Assembly (NCBI GenBank): GCA_034226945.1
Contig: CP120458.1
Span: forward strand, 558,001 to 622,000
Length of the DNA: 64,000 bases
From: Picochlorum sp. SENEW3
Lineage: Eukaryota
Direction: 5' to 3'
Of this stretch, positions 10,224 to 23,698 are shown one piece after another (the stretch's first letter is position 1; each line of letters begins with the position of its first letter). The notes beneath the pieces were generated by a model. The model did no database searches. It saw nothing but the letters and a program-made list of their open reading frames with translations, and was not told where the DNA came from. Position numbers and translations under genes: made by a program.

Positions 10224-13200
10224 ATGCCGACTGGTAGAAAAAGAGTGAAGTCTAGGTTGGGTCTTTGCAACTGTGGAGGAGAGTTGCGGAAGAAGGGGAT
10301 AAATATAAAAAACAAGTGCGATGGAACGAAATTTTTGACAGAAACAGCGTGTCGATCTCATCATAAACTGGCGATTGAACGAATCAGAAAGATTGTCAAG
10401 AACGCAAGACAACTGTTGGAGGAAGAGCCAGTGCTCCTCCCAAAGTTTATTCACCAGCCAATAGCCGATACTGCGCTGCACGGGAGGGATCAGGGCGTAC
10501 ATCCCGAAATTACTGATCCACAGCACGATCATGAGGACGAAATCGGACCAGGAAGTGACCATGGGGGCGGTTTTAGTGGTGAGTCAGAGTATTTCCCAAG
10601 CAATGGCTGTGGACAACAATCAAACTGCCAATCTGACCAAAGTCCAGGGCTGGAAGTCGATCAGTCCGCTAATTGTGACATATCAACATATCAGAGTTCA
10701 TGTGATGAAAGAGACATGTCCGAATCTGGGACAAAGGAGGAGGTTTCGCCAGAGATTAAGGAGATACAGATGGGTCTCAAGGACAGTGTGCTTGCATTCA
10801 CCAGTGACGAGGTTCAAGAGGAATTCTGCGACTATGAGGAGCCAGTAAACGAATTTACAAAAGTACAAGAGGCGTTTGCTCGGTGGCGGGATAGATGTGC
10901 CGAGTTTTATCCTGGCTCCTCGAAAACAGTTGGGCAACGCTTGGCACAGCGTTTGGAGCACTTCCTGGCACATACCCCTCCGATTGGCCAGGTTTGGGAG
11001 CATATCGACATGGATGCGGGCGATTTTATACCTGGAGTTTATCCAACATCGAAGGAAATCCGGTCACTGATCAGACAATTGGGTCTAGGCTTCAAACTTC
11101 AAGTGACATGCGAACATCACCACCCGGCACAACCTGGCAAAAAGAGGGGGCAACTGTGTGGCTACCGTGGAGGAGAAGGTAGCATGCCTTGCTCTTCTGC
11201 GCTGAAAATTGGCATTCGATCTAGTTCAATAGAAGATTTTGTCCGAACGCAATTGCTCGACCCTTCATTTGGGAGGCATGTTAGGGAGTGCAACAAGAGC
11301 TGGAACCCAGATACTCCCAAGAATGTGAGCGACGACAAGAAAATCGATAGTATATTTGAAGCAAGGTTTTATAGAGACACCCTGGAGAAGTATCCAGATT
11401 TTTTCTATGGCCAGGGCCACGAAAAACTCCATTTTGCATTGTTTGTTGATGGATTCCAGCCATTCGAAGGAGTAAAGTACACACTGTTTGCTGTCATTTT
11501 GATATGCTTGAATTTGCCACCAGAAGTACGAATGAAACCTGAAAATCTTCATATATTGAAATTAATCGACGGACCAAAAGAACCGACCAATTTTCAGCAA
11601 TATATCGAGCCCATTGTGGATGAACTTGAACAACTTTGGGAGAGAGGTATGAGGGCATACGATGCTTCCCAGCAGCGTACAGTTTATTTCAAAGGAATGT
11701 TAGCCTGCTGTATTCAAGATGGTAGAGCTTCTTTGGCATGCTCATGCCAGAGCGAAGCTGGGCATTATCAAGGGTGCCGCGTTTGTACAATCAGTGGGAC
11801 ATATGCTAACGGGGTGCACTACACAGGTCACAGAGGCATGCTTTGCAGAGAGCATCCATACAGAACTGACCCAAAATTTGGGCCACCGACCGCGATCGAA
11901 TGTATACCGAAAACTCGCGAGTTCATCATGTCTCGGATGAGGCACCTAGAGAAGTATCCACAGCATGAGAATCAGGAAGGAATGCTAGGTGTCAAGGGAG
12001 TGTCTCAGTTCAGTAGGTTGCCTTATTTTGACGTGAGCAGGTGCCATATATTATGCTTTATGCACAGTATGATGAATTCTGGTAAGTTTGTGTCGTATGA
12101 TAAGATATGTACAAACTCTGAAGAGTTATTTGCGTCTGTTCTTTGATGCAGTCAAAAGGTTGGAGAAGATATACTTTGACAATATGGACACATTCAGCCA
12201 GAACCGTATCAGAAGATTCTTGACACAAATGAAACCGAACTCGTCAATCACCGCAAACTTTGGGAGATTTTTTATGCCTTCCACGACTAGCAAGAATACA
12301 GAAGAGGATGACAGGCCCTCTCTGGCCAAGAAACGAGCCCAACACTACAAAGACTTTGCTGTCACGGGAGTTCTTGGTGCCTCCTTGTTGGCTGCTGGCG
12401 TGCAGAAGGAAGAAGCCGTAATTGTGTCAGAGATTTTTGAACATATTGGAAGTATGCTAGATACCACAATGTCTGAGAGGGTGCGAAAGTGATCACATTA
12501 TCAAAACCATGACAATTTCTTTCACAAATACATGTGCACGTGCAGGAAGCTGAAATGGTGGAGCAGAGCGTATGGGAGTGCTTATGTCATCTGGAGACAT
12601 TCATCCCAAGCCATTTTATGACACTTGCCATCCATAACACTGGCCACTTTGCCCGTCAAATCATCAACTTTGGCCCCGTAAGGGAAACTTGGGCTTTTGG
12701 AACTGAGAGCAAACTGGGAATGATGAAGCGCAGAGCTTTTAACCGATATCTTCCGGGCGCCACTATTATGCATAGGCAAGTTTATGAAGATGGTCTGCGT
12801 ATTATCGCTCGTATATCCTCCAGCGAGCGTTTAGGGGCGAATAGGCGGGAAAAGGACCCTGGAGAAGCACCAGGGACAGTCTTCCCTTGTGGTGCAAAAT
12901 CCGATATAGGATTTACTGCTGCAGACAATCTTAGGCATGCGATTATGGAACATATACAGACATGTTGGCCAGAGTCCCAGGAGCTTATAGACGAACTGGC
13001 TCTGGAAGAAAACGAGTCCTGCTTGTGGGAGGTCTTGGACGAATCTGGGTGTGATACACTGAAGGAACATTATGAGGGAAGAAGAAGGTCGATTGTCGGA
13101 GTCTGGCCTACCAAAGCATGCTCTTTCAAATCTTTCAAGTTGAATGGAGTTACGTATGAAACATATGCGAGCGCAAGGAAGAAGTCGAGGACAGACAACT

Positions 13201-13618
13201 CCAACATTCTGTACAAAGCACAGGGTACAACACAGGGATTTGAAGCAGGCCGCATTGAGTCCATATTAGAGGTGCAGGTAACACGGATTCCTTTCATTTT
13301 GGTATATTCAAGCCGTGTGGAACATAACGAATATTCATCACGTTGCAGTTCGAGGCTACGACTGAAATCTTCATTGCCATTAGGCCTTACAGAAGTCAAG
13401 GAGGGCACCCAATTCTTCCACAACTGCTCTTATTGGGGGAGCTTGGATCGCAGACAATCTGGATAGAGCCACATAGCGTATATAAACAGATTTTTGTCGC
13501 AGAAGATAAGACGATTGTCGCAAACGGCAACAAATACCTGGCTTTCCGTAAACGAAAACTGTACAAGACAGAGGTTGAACCGGAGTTGGATGAGGACGTG
13601 CCAAACACGGCGAGATAA
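10224..13618 (+). CDS. CACTA/EnSpm-type (Transposase_21/DUF4218-like) transposase; introns 12082-12151 and 12481-12545; late frameshift
   Basis: Motifs FALFVDGFQPF..ICLNLPPEVR..GPKEP..CCIQDGRA..CRVC and FGPVRETWAFGTES. Both GT..AG introns join the ORFs in frame. Confidence 0.85.
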
Positions 13619-14261
13619 GATGCTATATGCCATTTAATCACTAAAGTAGTCATCTCCCCATGGTAGCACATTCCAGAATCGATTTCGGATGATGTTTCGC
13701 ACACCTCGACATGCGTGTCCAGGTCAACGCCACGCCGTGCCACTTTCGATCTGGTTCGACCGACACGAAATCTCTACATTTTCATAAATATAAATATTCA
13801 CTTTCTTTTAAAGAGATTGGCGCAAAAATGAGACCAAACGATCAACTATAGAGGGCGCACGGTGATTGCAAAGTTCGATTTCAGCCCACTTGCGAGTTTC
13901 TTCAACGTCGAAGCCACATACAGGTTCTAAGGCGCATGGAAATTGGCTCAAAAATGGGGTTCTCGGATCGCCGTCGGGTCAGTCGTCGGTGCTCTCGGGT
14001 GGGCCTGGGACCAAAACTCCTGACCTGCACAGTGCATCTTTTATTCCGCTGATTGCTCAGAAATACTTCTAATAATTCCAAATAACTATTTTTAAATTGG
14101 AGTAGCATTTGGTTACAGGTGTTGTGGTACGTGTGCAGACCGTTGTCAGCACCGAGCCCGGTTGATTGCGCTGGGCTGTACAGGGCGATATAGCACGCCA
14201 ACGACGCCATACAAACTAAAATAACTAATATTGAAAAATATATAGTACTTTTATGGCGTAA

Positions 14262-17200
14262 ATGGCACGTAGGAAGAAGAATACGCTGTGGTTGCGAAGT
14301 CGCATTCAACATCCTATCCGATATTGCCAGGTTGTGGCCGCAGAGGAAAAGAAATTGCGCAGAATACTCAGAGATAATCCAAATTATTCTGATAGTACAC
14401 GAGTAAGGAGTAGGGTTCGCAGAGCTCGCTGGTCGGTGACCAGGGAATATCCGGGTTTGGCCCCTTTTGTTTCTGAGCCCCAGGAGACCGAGGATCGTGG
14501 ACAGGATTCCGAAGAAGAGTACGAATCTGATGATTCATATGATGGTATTGTTTCCAGGAGGGATTTGGAGTCTGAGAGGAGTGTGCACGAGGAGAGAAAC
14601 AAGAGAGAGGAAGAGGCATGGGGCAAAGTGAGGAACAAGATAGTTGACCAGGCCAAATTACGCCACAGGGATCGATGGCACAGCCTACAAATCGCTATGC
14701 ACACTGAAAAAGAACGTATAAAAAGTAAGGTGGAGTCGGTATCGAAAACATGCCCGCGTTGCCGTGGCAGTGGTTCATTGTTGTCAGAGTTTGACAGGAG
14801 GAAAGTCACCATCCTCACCATGCAGTTTTGCCATGTTATCAGCATCCCTCTGATAGAATGCGCCCGGTGCGAAATGAAAAGTGAAAGAAAAACATAATGT
14901 GAGGCGATTCACGACGTATTGCGTCGCAGGTGCAACATGCATGGCCCAAGTGGCTGTGGCAGATTCCATGTGATTCCAGCAGACATTGATGCCTTTCCCT
15001 CAACTCCTGATTGGGTAAGTTCGACAACAATGCCACGTGCGTCCGCGGTGAAAAGACAAAATAAATATTATATTGGTTATGTGCAGCCTTTTGATCTTTT
15101 CCACGCACTCAGGGATGACAAGGTAGTCTTGTACCACATGGACTTGCTGACTTTCCTCAGGGATCAGATAGACTTCTCTCCAAGGCTGGCCGTGTCTTCA
15201 TTCGCCAAAGGTTTTAAGCGCACATTAATGAGGAATGGATGCCATGTCAAGATTAGTGCAGAACAGATGTCCAAGCACTTGAGCAGGGCTCTTCATGAGT
15301 ACACCATTTTTGAGATGACTGCCAATGATCCATACATGTACTCCTCCACCCATAGAGACTGTCCAATGGAGTGTCCCGCTTGTCTAGGATCTCAAAATCA
15401 TTTGATACATATATCCAAGACCAAAGTGGAGAAAGCTGGTGCAGATATGGCAACCTTTGAGCCAATTACCTCTGGGAGTCAAGTGCTGCTTCATTCAGTA
15501 TACATTGATGGGCACTATGGCTTGCCTCACATGGCGAAAGCAGGGAAATCTCGACAGTACGATCCTCCTTTTAGTATAAAACTCCTCCCTGACAACGAGG
15601 TGCAAGAGTTTGAAGAGCATTACACGTCGCAGTCAAGGGCTACTGCAGTGGCAACCTGTGGGTCTGAATTCCAGGCTGACTCGTTCCTGAAGAGAAGGTC
15701 CCAGTACCACGACCGTACAGGAGTTGTGGGCGCATTTTGTAGACATGGATCGTGTTTACTCATGCATGACAAAAGGTATGCTGAGGTTCCCCTGGTCCAA
15801 ATGTGGAGGCATAGCATGAAGACAGATTCAAATGTGTTGCAGGTGAGAAATGGTCCTACGCCTCCATGCTGCTGGAGCGCATCGCTCGGCAAATAGGGCT
15901 ACCAATAAATCTTTGGCATGATATAAACTGTAGATACAAGGGACATGCGGTGTCATGGGCGACAGCAAAGCAACAAGAGCTTGGCACAATGGTGTCCTCA
16001 TGGATCACCCAGGTGATGGCATACCCATTGCCCCCCATGCACTACCAGATGCACGACATTCCTTGTCAATTGAAGAACAGCTACCTGAGCGTAGAATTTG
16101 CCGGTGTTGGAGCGGGGGAGCCCACGGAAATTGCTTGGTCCCACTTCAGGAAAGCAGGGCATGTACTACAGTATCAGTCCCTGTTTGGCAGAGCTGTGGG
16201 CATAGAGAAATTGGTGCGCAACTGGAATCGCACCAAGCGCCAAGGGTGCATAAAAAATTGTTGTGGGATGCAAGTCAACGCGCTGAGGCTAAAATTCAGC
16301 TAGCAGAGCGGGAAGTCCAAGAGCTAATAGGGCTGCTCCAGGCCAGTGGGCTCAGCCAAGATGAGGTATGCTCTGGTGCTCTGATGCTCGTTGTTCATCG
16401 CAACCTGACCACTCAGTTCATGTAGGTGATACAAATGAGAGATAATCCTCCTGCAGGAGTAGATCGGTACCGTCCAGAACAGTCGTTTGAGGTCCAGTTT
16501 GCTGAAGCCAGGTTGAGGTACATCTATTTCAAACACTTTTGGGATTCAGTGAGAAGCCATCCCTTCTTCCGCGTGCTGCTCGGTCCAGATGTAGCAGAGA
16601 TAACGACGAAAAAAGTGTTTGGATATTGAAAATAGAAAAATGCGGAAAGCACTGCGGAGATTGCCCCAAGGATATGTCAACAATGCATATGAGTGTCGCA
16701 AGGGGGAGATGGGTTTGCTGGCATGGAGGCTACGATGCGAGCAAAATAGGGTGACGGCTCTTTTTCATCAGAAAGAAATACTTCGTTTACAAGAAAATAG
16801 AATGCTCACCCGCCGAGGCGAGGCCGCAAGGCTAAGGAAGAGGAAAAAGGTGTGCCTTGGTTGCTCCATGAGGTTCTTCATGTTTGAACTTGACCCATGT
16901 GTACCTTTCCCTGCAGGCTCTGGAGAGTCAACTGCGTAAAGTTGTTCGCCAGGTCATTGATATAAGCTCCCTTATATACAGTATACATTGCGAGAACTGC
17001 TTAGAGCCCCGTCAGGGTGGCCCAATTGCAAGCATAGTGTTCCCTGATTTTGCTTCCTACATGAGGGCAGTGTCTCCCCCTGAAACGAGGCAGGCATGGG
17101 AGGAAGCCGAGGTCATTTATCGCCTGGTTGGTCCATTTCAAGATGGAGAGCCATTGAATGCACAACGGTTTCATGCCGCGTTGGAGGAAGGCAGGTATCC

Positions 17201-17693
17201 TTGGATTTCAAACAGTTCTACCATGGTGGAAAGCTACAGGGTTCAACTGCATGCCAAGGCTAATCTCCTCTCGAGAGCAAGAGAGGAGAAACAACTTTTG
17301 CTCGAGGAGATAAAAGGATGTGAGTTGCTGCTTCATAGCGAAAAAGCCGCTGTCGATGCCGAGATTGCTGGGATTCAGGGGAGAATTGAGGAGCACCAAC
17401 TGCATCAGGATGCAAGAATACCAGAGGAGAACAGCCCATATGCTTACACGCTGGGTGTGGAGCTTCAAGAGCAACACAGTCAGGTTGAATCACTCTATTT
17501 TCACAAACTGCAGCTGGAAAAAGTGAAGGCGGAGGTTTCAACGCTTGCTACTAAAGCACGGCTGTGCGCAGATGTGTTCGTTAGGGGTGCCCGTCCCGAC
17601 CATTCCCAGATACTGGATGATACGCCAGCACAGGACGATGACCCGTTCGATAATGAAATAAATAATGAAGAAAATGAAGTTGTTGCCGAATAG
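14262..17693 (+). CDS. KDZ transposase, CxC1/CxC2-like cysteine cluster (Kyakuja-like); multi-exon with frameshifts
   Basis: Motifs CPRC..ECARC, CPAC..IDGH, TGVVGAFCRHG, GEKWSYA, WHDINC, HYQMHDIPCQ, GEPTEIAWSHF. GT..AG introns at 14867-14929 and others. Confidence 0.85.
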
Positions 17694-19282
17694 AAGGTGA
17701 AGGAAGCACGCGAGAAGTTTGGTCAATCGAGCCAATTGAGTTGCAATTCGTGGAATGTCTTCGATTCTCCAAACTCTACTCGCATTGGGTCTGCAATAGG
17801 TTCCAAATATGTTATAGTAATGTAACTGAGAATTATTTTGCAATGTGATGCAAAGGCGTCAATTTCCTTCGCCTAACGGTAAAGTCCGCATGTCCGCAAC
17901 ATGCGTCAAGTCTCCGAACTTGTCGATCTGAGACCATTTTGTATTTGGCTTTCGATTACACTCATAATTAGTAAAAACCCATAGTTTCTAAGCAACTGAC
18001 ATCCGCAATGGAGCAAGAGATCGCTAGGTCCCAAGAAGAGCTCGAACATGCCATTTCAAACACTGCCAAGTTCCTGGGCTTGTGCAGCGCACTCCTCGCC
18101 TGTTTTTCCAAACTAGACATGCGTTTAGCAAATAAATACTTGATTTAATGATTGATTTAGGTTGTGCAGAGCGAGAGTAGCATGCGCGGCCCAAAAAGGA
18201 ATTCCCCCAAAATGTCGTTGGAGCCGAGCTTCTCTAGTTCGGGCGGATTCGGTGCTATATACCAATCAAATCATTTCAAATACTTCAGTGTGTATTAGTA
18301 TACCACAGAATAGGCACGGGGAATACTGGTCGTGACTGCAGCGCTCGTAGTCCTCCGCCCCGAGCAACGCCCCTGTTGCGCTCGTTTGCTGCTTGTCTGA
18401 GGCATGGGAGACTCGCAAACTCGTTCCATATCCCTTTAAAAACATTGCTAAGCCTAAAGAAGCGGGTGGGAGGGCGTTTGCAATGACCGCCCCCAGGGCC
18501 GGAACGAGTTTTGGCACCAAAAAAGCCTGCCTAAACGCTTGTGCACTTGGGTCACTCGGAATTTCGGTCACGCTATTTCGACCCGTTCGCCGATTCATAC
18601 CACTAAATAGCATATAAGTAATGTATAGAGCTTCTTGAATCGGCGAAGTATGCGCGGGAACGCCTTGTGGAGGGGAAAAGAGCCCCAGCTGGCCAGCTCC
18701 AACTGCAGGTTCCCAAGACGCTCCATCCAACTCTCCGAGCAATGTCGGGTCACAGCGCTCGCGAACCTCGCATCAAATCCCGAATTTAGATTTATTTTTG
18801 AATAAAGATCATTTGAAGACGAGTACTCTTGAATTCAGTTCCTTGTATGCGTGCCAAAAAGACGACAACATGTCGCAAAACAGGCATGGAGATCCCCCAC
18901 CTGACGAGAACTGCCTCTGCTGGCGCACATATTGGTGCGCAACAATTGCGATGACATCTTTTAGTATTATGAATCTAAATTCTTGCGCCCTCAATACCAG
19001 GACAAGGCACACGCCCCGTCACTGACACGTTCTCCGATGTTGGAAATGTGCGTTCAAGTTCTGAAATTACCGTGGAGAAGATCTAACCGCGCATTCCCGC
19101 ATCAATGAAATATAAATTTAATTTAGATTAAATTGAGCATTCGCTATGGAGCAGGTCATGGCCAAAACTCGCACATTTCTCGCCTTCTCATCACCTTGCC
19201 CAACTGCCCCAAGTCGTTCTGGCTCATGAGATGCGTTCCTCCCATCCTTTAGGAGAGCGAAGGCCATTCCCGCACCCTGATT

Positions 19283-20899
19283 CTATTTTTTGCGTTTTTT
19301 GGGCCTACCACGCCTCTTTGTGAGGCTACCACGTGGCCTTCCTCGCCCCCTGGGTGCAACCTGCTCTGCAGTGGCAAGTGATGGCTCAGCCTCTTCAAGC
19401 TGGTCAGGATCCCCGCCGCGCGGATTGAGGGCAGTAACTTGCTCTACACTTCCATCAATTATGATGTTCTCCTCCGGGCCAGATGGTAGCGCTCTCTCGA
19501 TAGATGGTGGGGCAAGCTGTCCAGCATGGATGTTACCTGCAGCAGGATGCTGTTCAGCACTCACAGCTGCCATTTCTTGGGTTGCAACCGCATTGATATC
19601 CAGCGACCCCTCTACAAAATCATTTAATACTTCGTTCTGTTCGGGATGCAATCCCAGCGCGAGCTCCATGGGGGCCGTACCTCCATCAGCTGTTGCTGGG
19701 AGAACCACATCTGCACCCAGGGGGTTGCCACTTCCTCTGCCGTCTTGTTGCGGCGCACGCCGGTCCGAAGGCGCACTAAATAAATTATTCCTATCATCGA
19801 AATAAGCCTCAAACGTTCTTCGTATATGGTGCGGGTCAGGGCCATGTCTTCCCATGTCCTCTGCTACCTGAGTCATGATGCCTGCCCCCTCCTCTTCCTC
19901 TTGTTCAATTCCCTTGGTTTCGTACCACAACTCTTTGTCAACGCGACGAAAATGCTCTATTAATATGTTTATTTGCGCCTTGGATAAGGCAGAATAGCAA
20001 ATGAAGGGAACTTGCTCTGGCCATGATGCATGTTGCCTTGCCAATGTGCACCTTTCACACCCACCATTGCATTCCGATTGTCTAATGTGCAACTTAGTGG
20101 CGCTAGTAACGGCAACATGAATATCTGTAGAGGAAAGAACTGCAGCAAGAAGACGAATGCTTTGTGAGAGACTCATCTCATCTCATCTCAGCCAGGCCAC
20201 AATGGGCTAGCAGTCTAGGGCAGCCCTCAACCCTGTTTGGCCTTTATTCCGTATCTGCAAGCTGCTATCAAGATAGTATAAATTCACATACCTCTATTAG
20301 TCTCCGTTGCAGCCTCTTTCATTGCCCTCTTAGCGTGCTCTCTCAGCTTATGGACCTTGATGTCAATCAGAGCCTTCAGAGTTTCCTCATCATCCTTTAC
20401 CCCTTGATCCACCATGACAAACCGTTCCTGATGAATGTTACATTGCAAATCGCAATGATATCGGTGGAGAGACTCGCAACTCGCTCGGCATACTCCTTTC
20501 TCAAACCTGCACAGGAGCTAGCAGGTCACCCACAACATGAACACCTTGGTGTGGGCTTGTGCTACCCACAGGCCTCGATCGTGGCCACCACTACACGTGC
20601 ATACAACCATACATACCATTTTGATACAAAGAGCTGCGAATTACCGTGGATTTGTGGTCCGGCCAGGTCAAAACACCCAAAAAGTCAGGGATGCTCACCA
20701 GGCCCCTTTCATCTTTGCTGAACAGCCGCTTGTGCTCACGAGACATCTCGTGTAAGCCTTTGCAGATCAATTTCGATATCTCTCTCTCCCATTTCTTCAT
20801 TACAGCCTCCATTTTCCGCGTGCGGCGCTGGAAGTCGCGACGAACATCGGGGTCTTCCAAATGCCCCGGCATATGCGCTACACGATACTCCAGATTCAT
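19283..20899 (-). CDS. multi-exon hypothetical protein with C-terminal AT-hooks; probable KDZ companion gene
   Basis: GTATGT donors near 20616 and 20291; final exon ends PRGRGRPRG..KRRGRPKKRKK; convergent with the KDZ transposase; the middle exon needs a frameshift. Confidence 0.5.
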
Positions 20900-21220
20900 G
20901 AGGCTGCAAATATATCAGTTATTAACTGACTTTAGTAGTATGAAACGGTCGAAGAGCGTTTTATTGCACGCAGTGAAACTCGAGAACGCGTGTAACAATG
21001 GGCTCCTGGGAGGCCGGTTCTGCGCCGCTCCTTGGCCTCTCGTGCACTTTCGAGCGTTTTGTTGCGATATTTTAAATATTTTAAAGCCATTTCTGCTGCG
21101 ATTGCGGGCCGCACAAACGAAAGCCACGCGAGTGTCACTCGATGAGGTGACCCGACGGATGCCTGGTCGGCCCACCGGCGGGTATGGTTTTTAGCCTAGT
21201 TTCCCATGCGCGTGACCTCA

Positions 21221-21432
21221 CATACAGAGAAGAGGCCTTGTTTAAGACCCCCTGAAATTCAGTGGTTTCCCATCAAATGGTCGGGGGACCGGGTAGGGTC
21301 GGGTAGGGGGCAAGGGGATTAGGGTATTAGGGTTAGAAAACATGTAGATTTTGGACCATGTTTGGCCGGTCGGGTATTTTAAGCGACCGCTGATTGAGCT
21401 CGGGGTCTTAAACAAGACCTCTTCCATACCTC
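21221..21432 (+). mobile_element. 212-bp non-autonomous element, CATACAGAGAAG family (copy A)
   Basis: Near-identical to 44120-44331 and 45859-46070 (which are inverted relative to it). 23-bp sub-terminal inverted repeat. Flanks do not match in this copy. Confidence 0.85.
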
Positions 21433-21620
21433 ATTCAACCACACCGTCAGCCCTACGACCCCAGCGACGCGTGCATTAACACTCCCTCGTGTTTAGGAGG
21501 CAACAAATCATGTTTAGGCACTTTATATCGCTGAACAATAAATAAATAAACAGTTTTCCGCTCCCGGTCTTAATTAAGCCCGCCTCTTCCTCGGGGCCTT
21601 AACTAGTCCCGAGGTCTCCT

Positions 21621-22503
21621 TATACCCCGTTGAGGCCGGTGCCCGACCGGCCAATGGCAGTGATGATGATACATGGAAGTGGGTTGGCCTTTGTGTGTAT
21701 TGATTGCCCATTATTAGAGCTTCAGGAAAGAAAGAGGGACATTAGCCTGTCCATGACTGTCGTCTTCTTCATAGGTCGCGTTCAAAGGATGATAAACCCA
21801 TGCTCAAGATCAAAAAGGAGGTAGTTTCCATTGTGCAAGTGTATCCTCATGGTGGCACGTCTTCTGGCTCTTAGAGTTTCAACAGTACTTTGTATTTGAT
21901 TCCCTGTCGTGATTGATTCTGCACCTCTTCGTATACGTCGTTCGGCCCTGTACTTCACAGTAAAGTCTCCATCCTCCTCTCGTTTGGAGTTCCACATGAC
22001 CAGTCTTACTATATCAAACACCGTTATGAAAAGGCTAAATCTTTTTACAGAAACATCCCAAGTATCAAGTATGTATTCCATTCAATGTTTTCTCTTTCTG
22101 TGAAGTGTCATCTGGTCAACTCAGCACTTCATAGTAGCACGTTGACTCTCCTGTCACCAGATGGTGCCCAGTCAACCCTTGAGGTCAAGGTCGACTATCG
22201 CGATCATTAGTCGCAATATCTTCCTCGTCTTTGACCCTTTGCGTCCATCTTATAGCTTCAAAGTTTTGTTTTTTCATCTTGTTGTCAGTTCGTCCACTAG
22301 AAAAGCCTGAGGTTCCAACTCTTCCCTTGCGAAATTCGTCCAAATCACCGCATTTCCACCTTCCGCTTGTCCCCAGGAGGCGAGTTTTGGACCATTCGAC
22401 GCAGAACAGGCTTCTTACTCGGAGTAGGCCCTCGGCGGGATTCATTAGGCAGGCACAGGCCCGGCAGGCGGCGAATTAGGCCACAGTGCAGATTCGGGAT
22501 ATA
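21621..22503 (-). mobile_element. non-autonomous deletion derivative of the Helitron-like element starting at 46682
   Basis: Diverged inverted homology to ~46682-47480 at DNA level and protein level (RRRATMRIHLHNGNYLLF vs RRRATGRTHLQNVDYLLF). 3' hairpin at 21634-21652; TATA at both ends. Confidence 0.75.
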
Positions 22504-22539
22504 AGGAGCCCCAATAAGGCCACTTCTCTGTATGGTTTT

Positions 22540-23620
22540 GTTTGAGCCAGTGTAGCATTAGTGAATGAAACAGATTTCCTCGACCTTCCATATGACGACT
22601 GCTCCAGGTTGTGAATTCTTTACTCTTGGTATCACTAAACCATACAGGAGCAGTTGGGCCGTCATACTTCGGGCAAATCTGACTTTAGTCTCTCTTTAAT
22701 GCTAAGGTCTATGTAGGAAGTGGCAAGCGCTTCCTTGTTCACTGTTCGAGTGTGGCTGTTCTGTTCCTAGTCAGAGTCCATACCAGGGGTTTCTGCAACA
22801 CCCAACGACTGTTCGCAGGTTGCCATTTCAGGAATGGCAACTCGTTCATTGTTGGCGATGGTGGAGCGAAGCTTGACTTTCGTTGTTTCAGCAGTTCCCA
22901 GAAGTACTGCTCTGCCGTGTGGCTGGCCTTTCTGATGATATCCTGTGGCTGTGGTGGAGTGGTGGAGGAGTCTGTAGGCTGTTTTACGGCCTACATCCAA
23001 AGCATTGTTGGTAATAATACTAATCTCTGTCCACATGGCATCGTCCACATCCTTTGGAGATGTGTTGCTCCATATGTTGTGAAGGAGGGGTTGGAAATGG
23101 CTGTTTGTTCCAGCAAGCATGCTTTCTGGTTTGAGGAGGCTGTAGACATGTTTTGCAATAGGGCATTCTCTGGCATAATGGTCCATTGATGCCTTCGAAT
23201 GTCCACATGCACAGTCCTTGCGCCTCTCCGCTGGGAGGTGGCTCACGAGGAGCCCTCCTGAGTTTATATGCCATATGATCTCCTTCCACGGGTTGGGCAC
23301 CCGTGCTCTCCACCATTTCCTAGTGTTTCCCAACATCTTGCCGAACCTGGGTCGTATCACGCTCACAGTGTGTATCCAAGCAATCTGATTGTTGGTTGCT
23401 TGCTGCCATTGAACTGGGTCTGCCGAGTTGATGGTGATCAGGCGGGTGCCTTCTTTCACTGTTTACTTGTGTAGTGGCAACTGGGCTCCCTTGTAGCGAT
23501 GCCAGCAATAGTTCCACTGTCTTTCTTCTGTTGGATTTCTGAATACTGAGTTGATCAGCGAGCGCAATGGGATCTCGTTGTCCTCACTGTATTCCATGAG
23601 CCGGGTGGACTCCCGTAATT
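22540..23620 (-). mobile_element. 5'-truncated non-LTR (L1/Tx1-like) retrotransposon fragment, ORF2 C-terminal zinc finger
   Basis: ORF 22767-23459 contains W..IIW....GGL...CACGH...MDHYARECP (zf-RVT-like CCHC). Boundaries approximate. Confidence 0.6.
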
Positions 23621-23698
23621 CACACATCTATAATATGGGCTAGCGACATGTTGATGGCACGACAGGAGATGTAGAAACTTTCATCGGTTGCATTGATT

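Noticed and set aside
19283..20899. TET/JBP dioxygenase next to the KDZ transposase
   Set aside because: No convincing HxD...H...R motif set in the reconstructed exons.
21315..21336. Telomere-like TTAGGG motifs
   Set aside because: Only two or three degenerate units inside a dispersed element; not a telomeric array.
21242..21410. Kolobok/piggyBac MITE with TTAA TSD inside the 212-bp element
   Set aside because: The short version (60530) reads TTAAGCTTAA rather than a single TTAA, which fits internal deletion of one longer inverted repeat better.
21242..21427. Repeated 60-70 aa ORF MEEVLFKTPSS...
   Set aside because: Lies wholly within the 212-bp element; its conservation reflects DNA copy identity, not coding selection.
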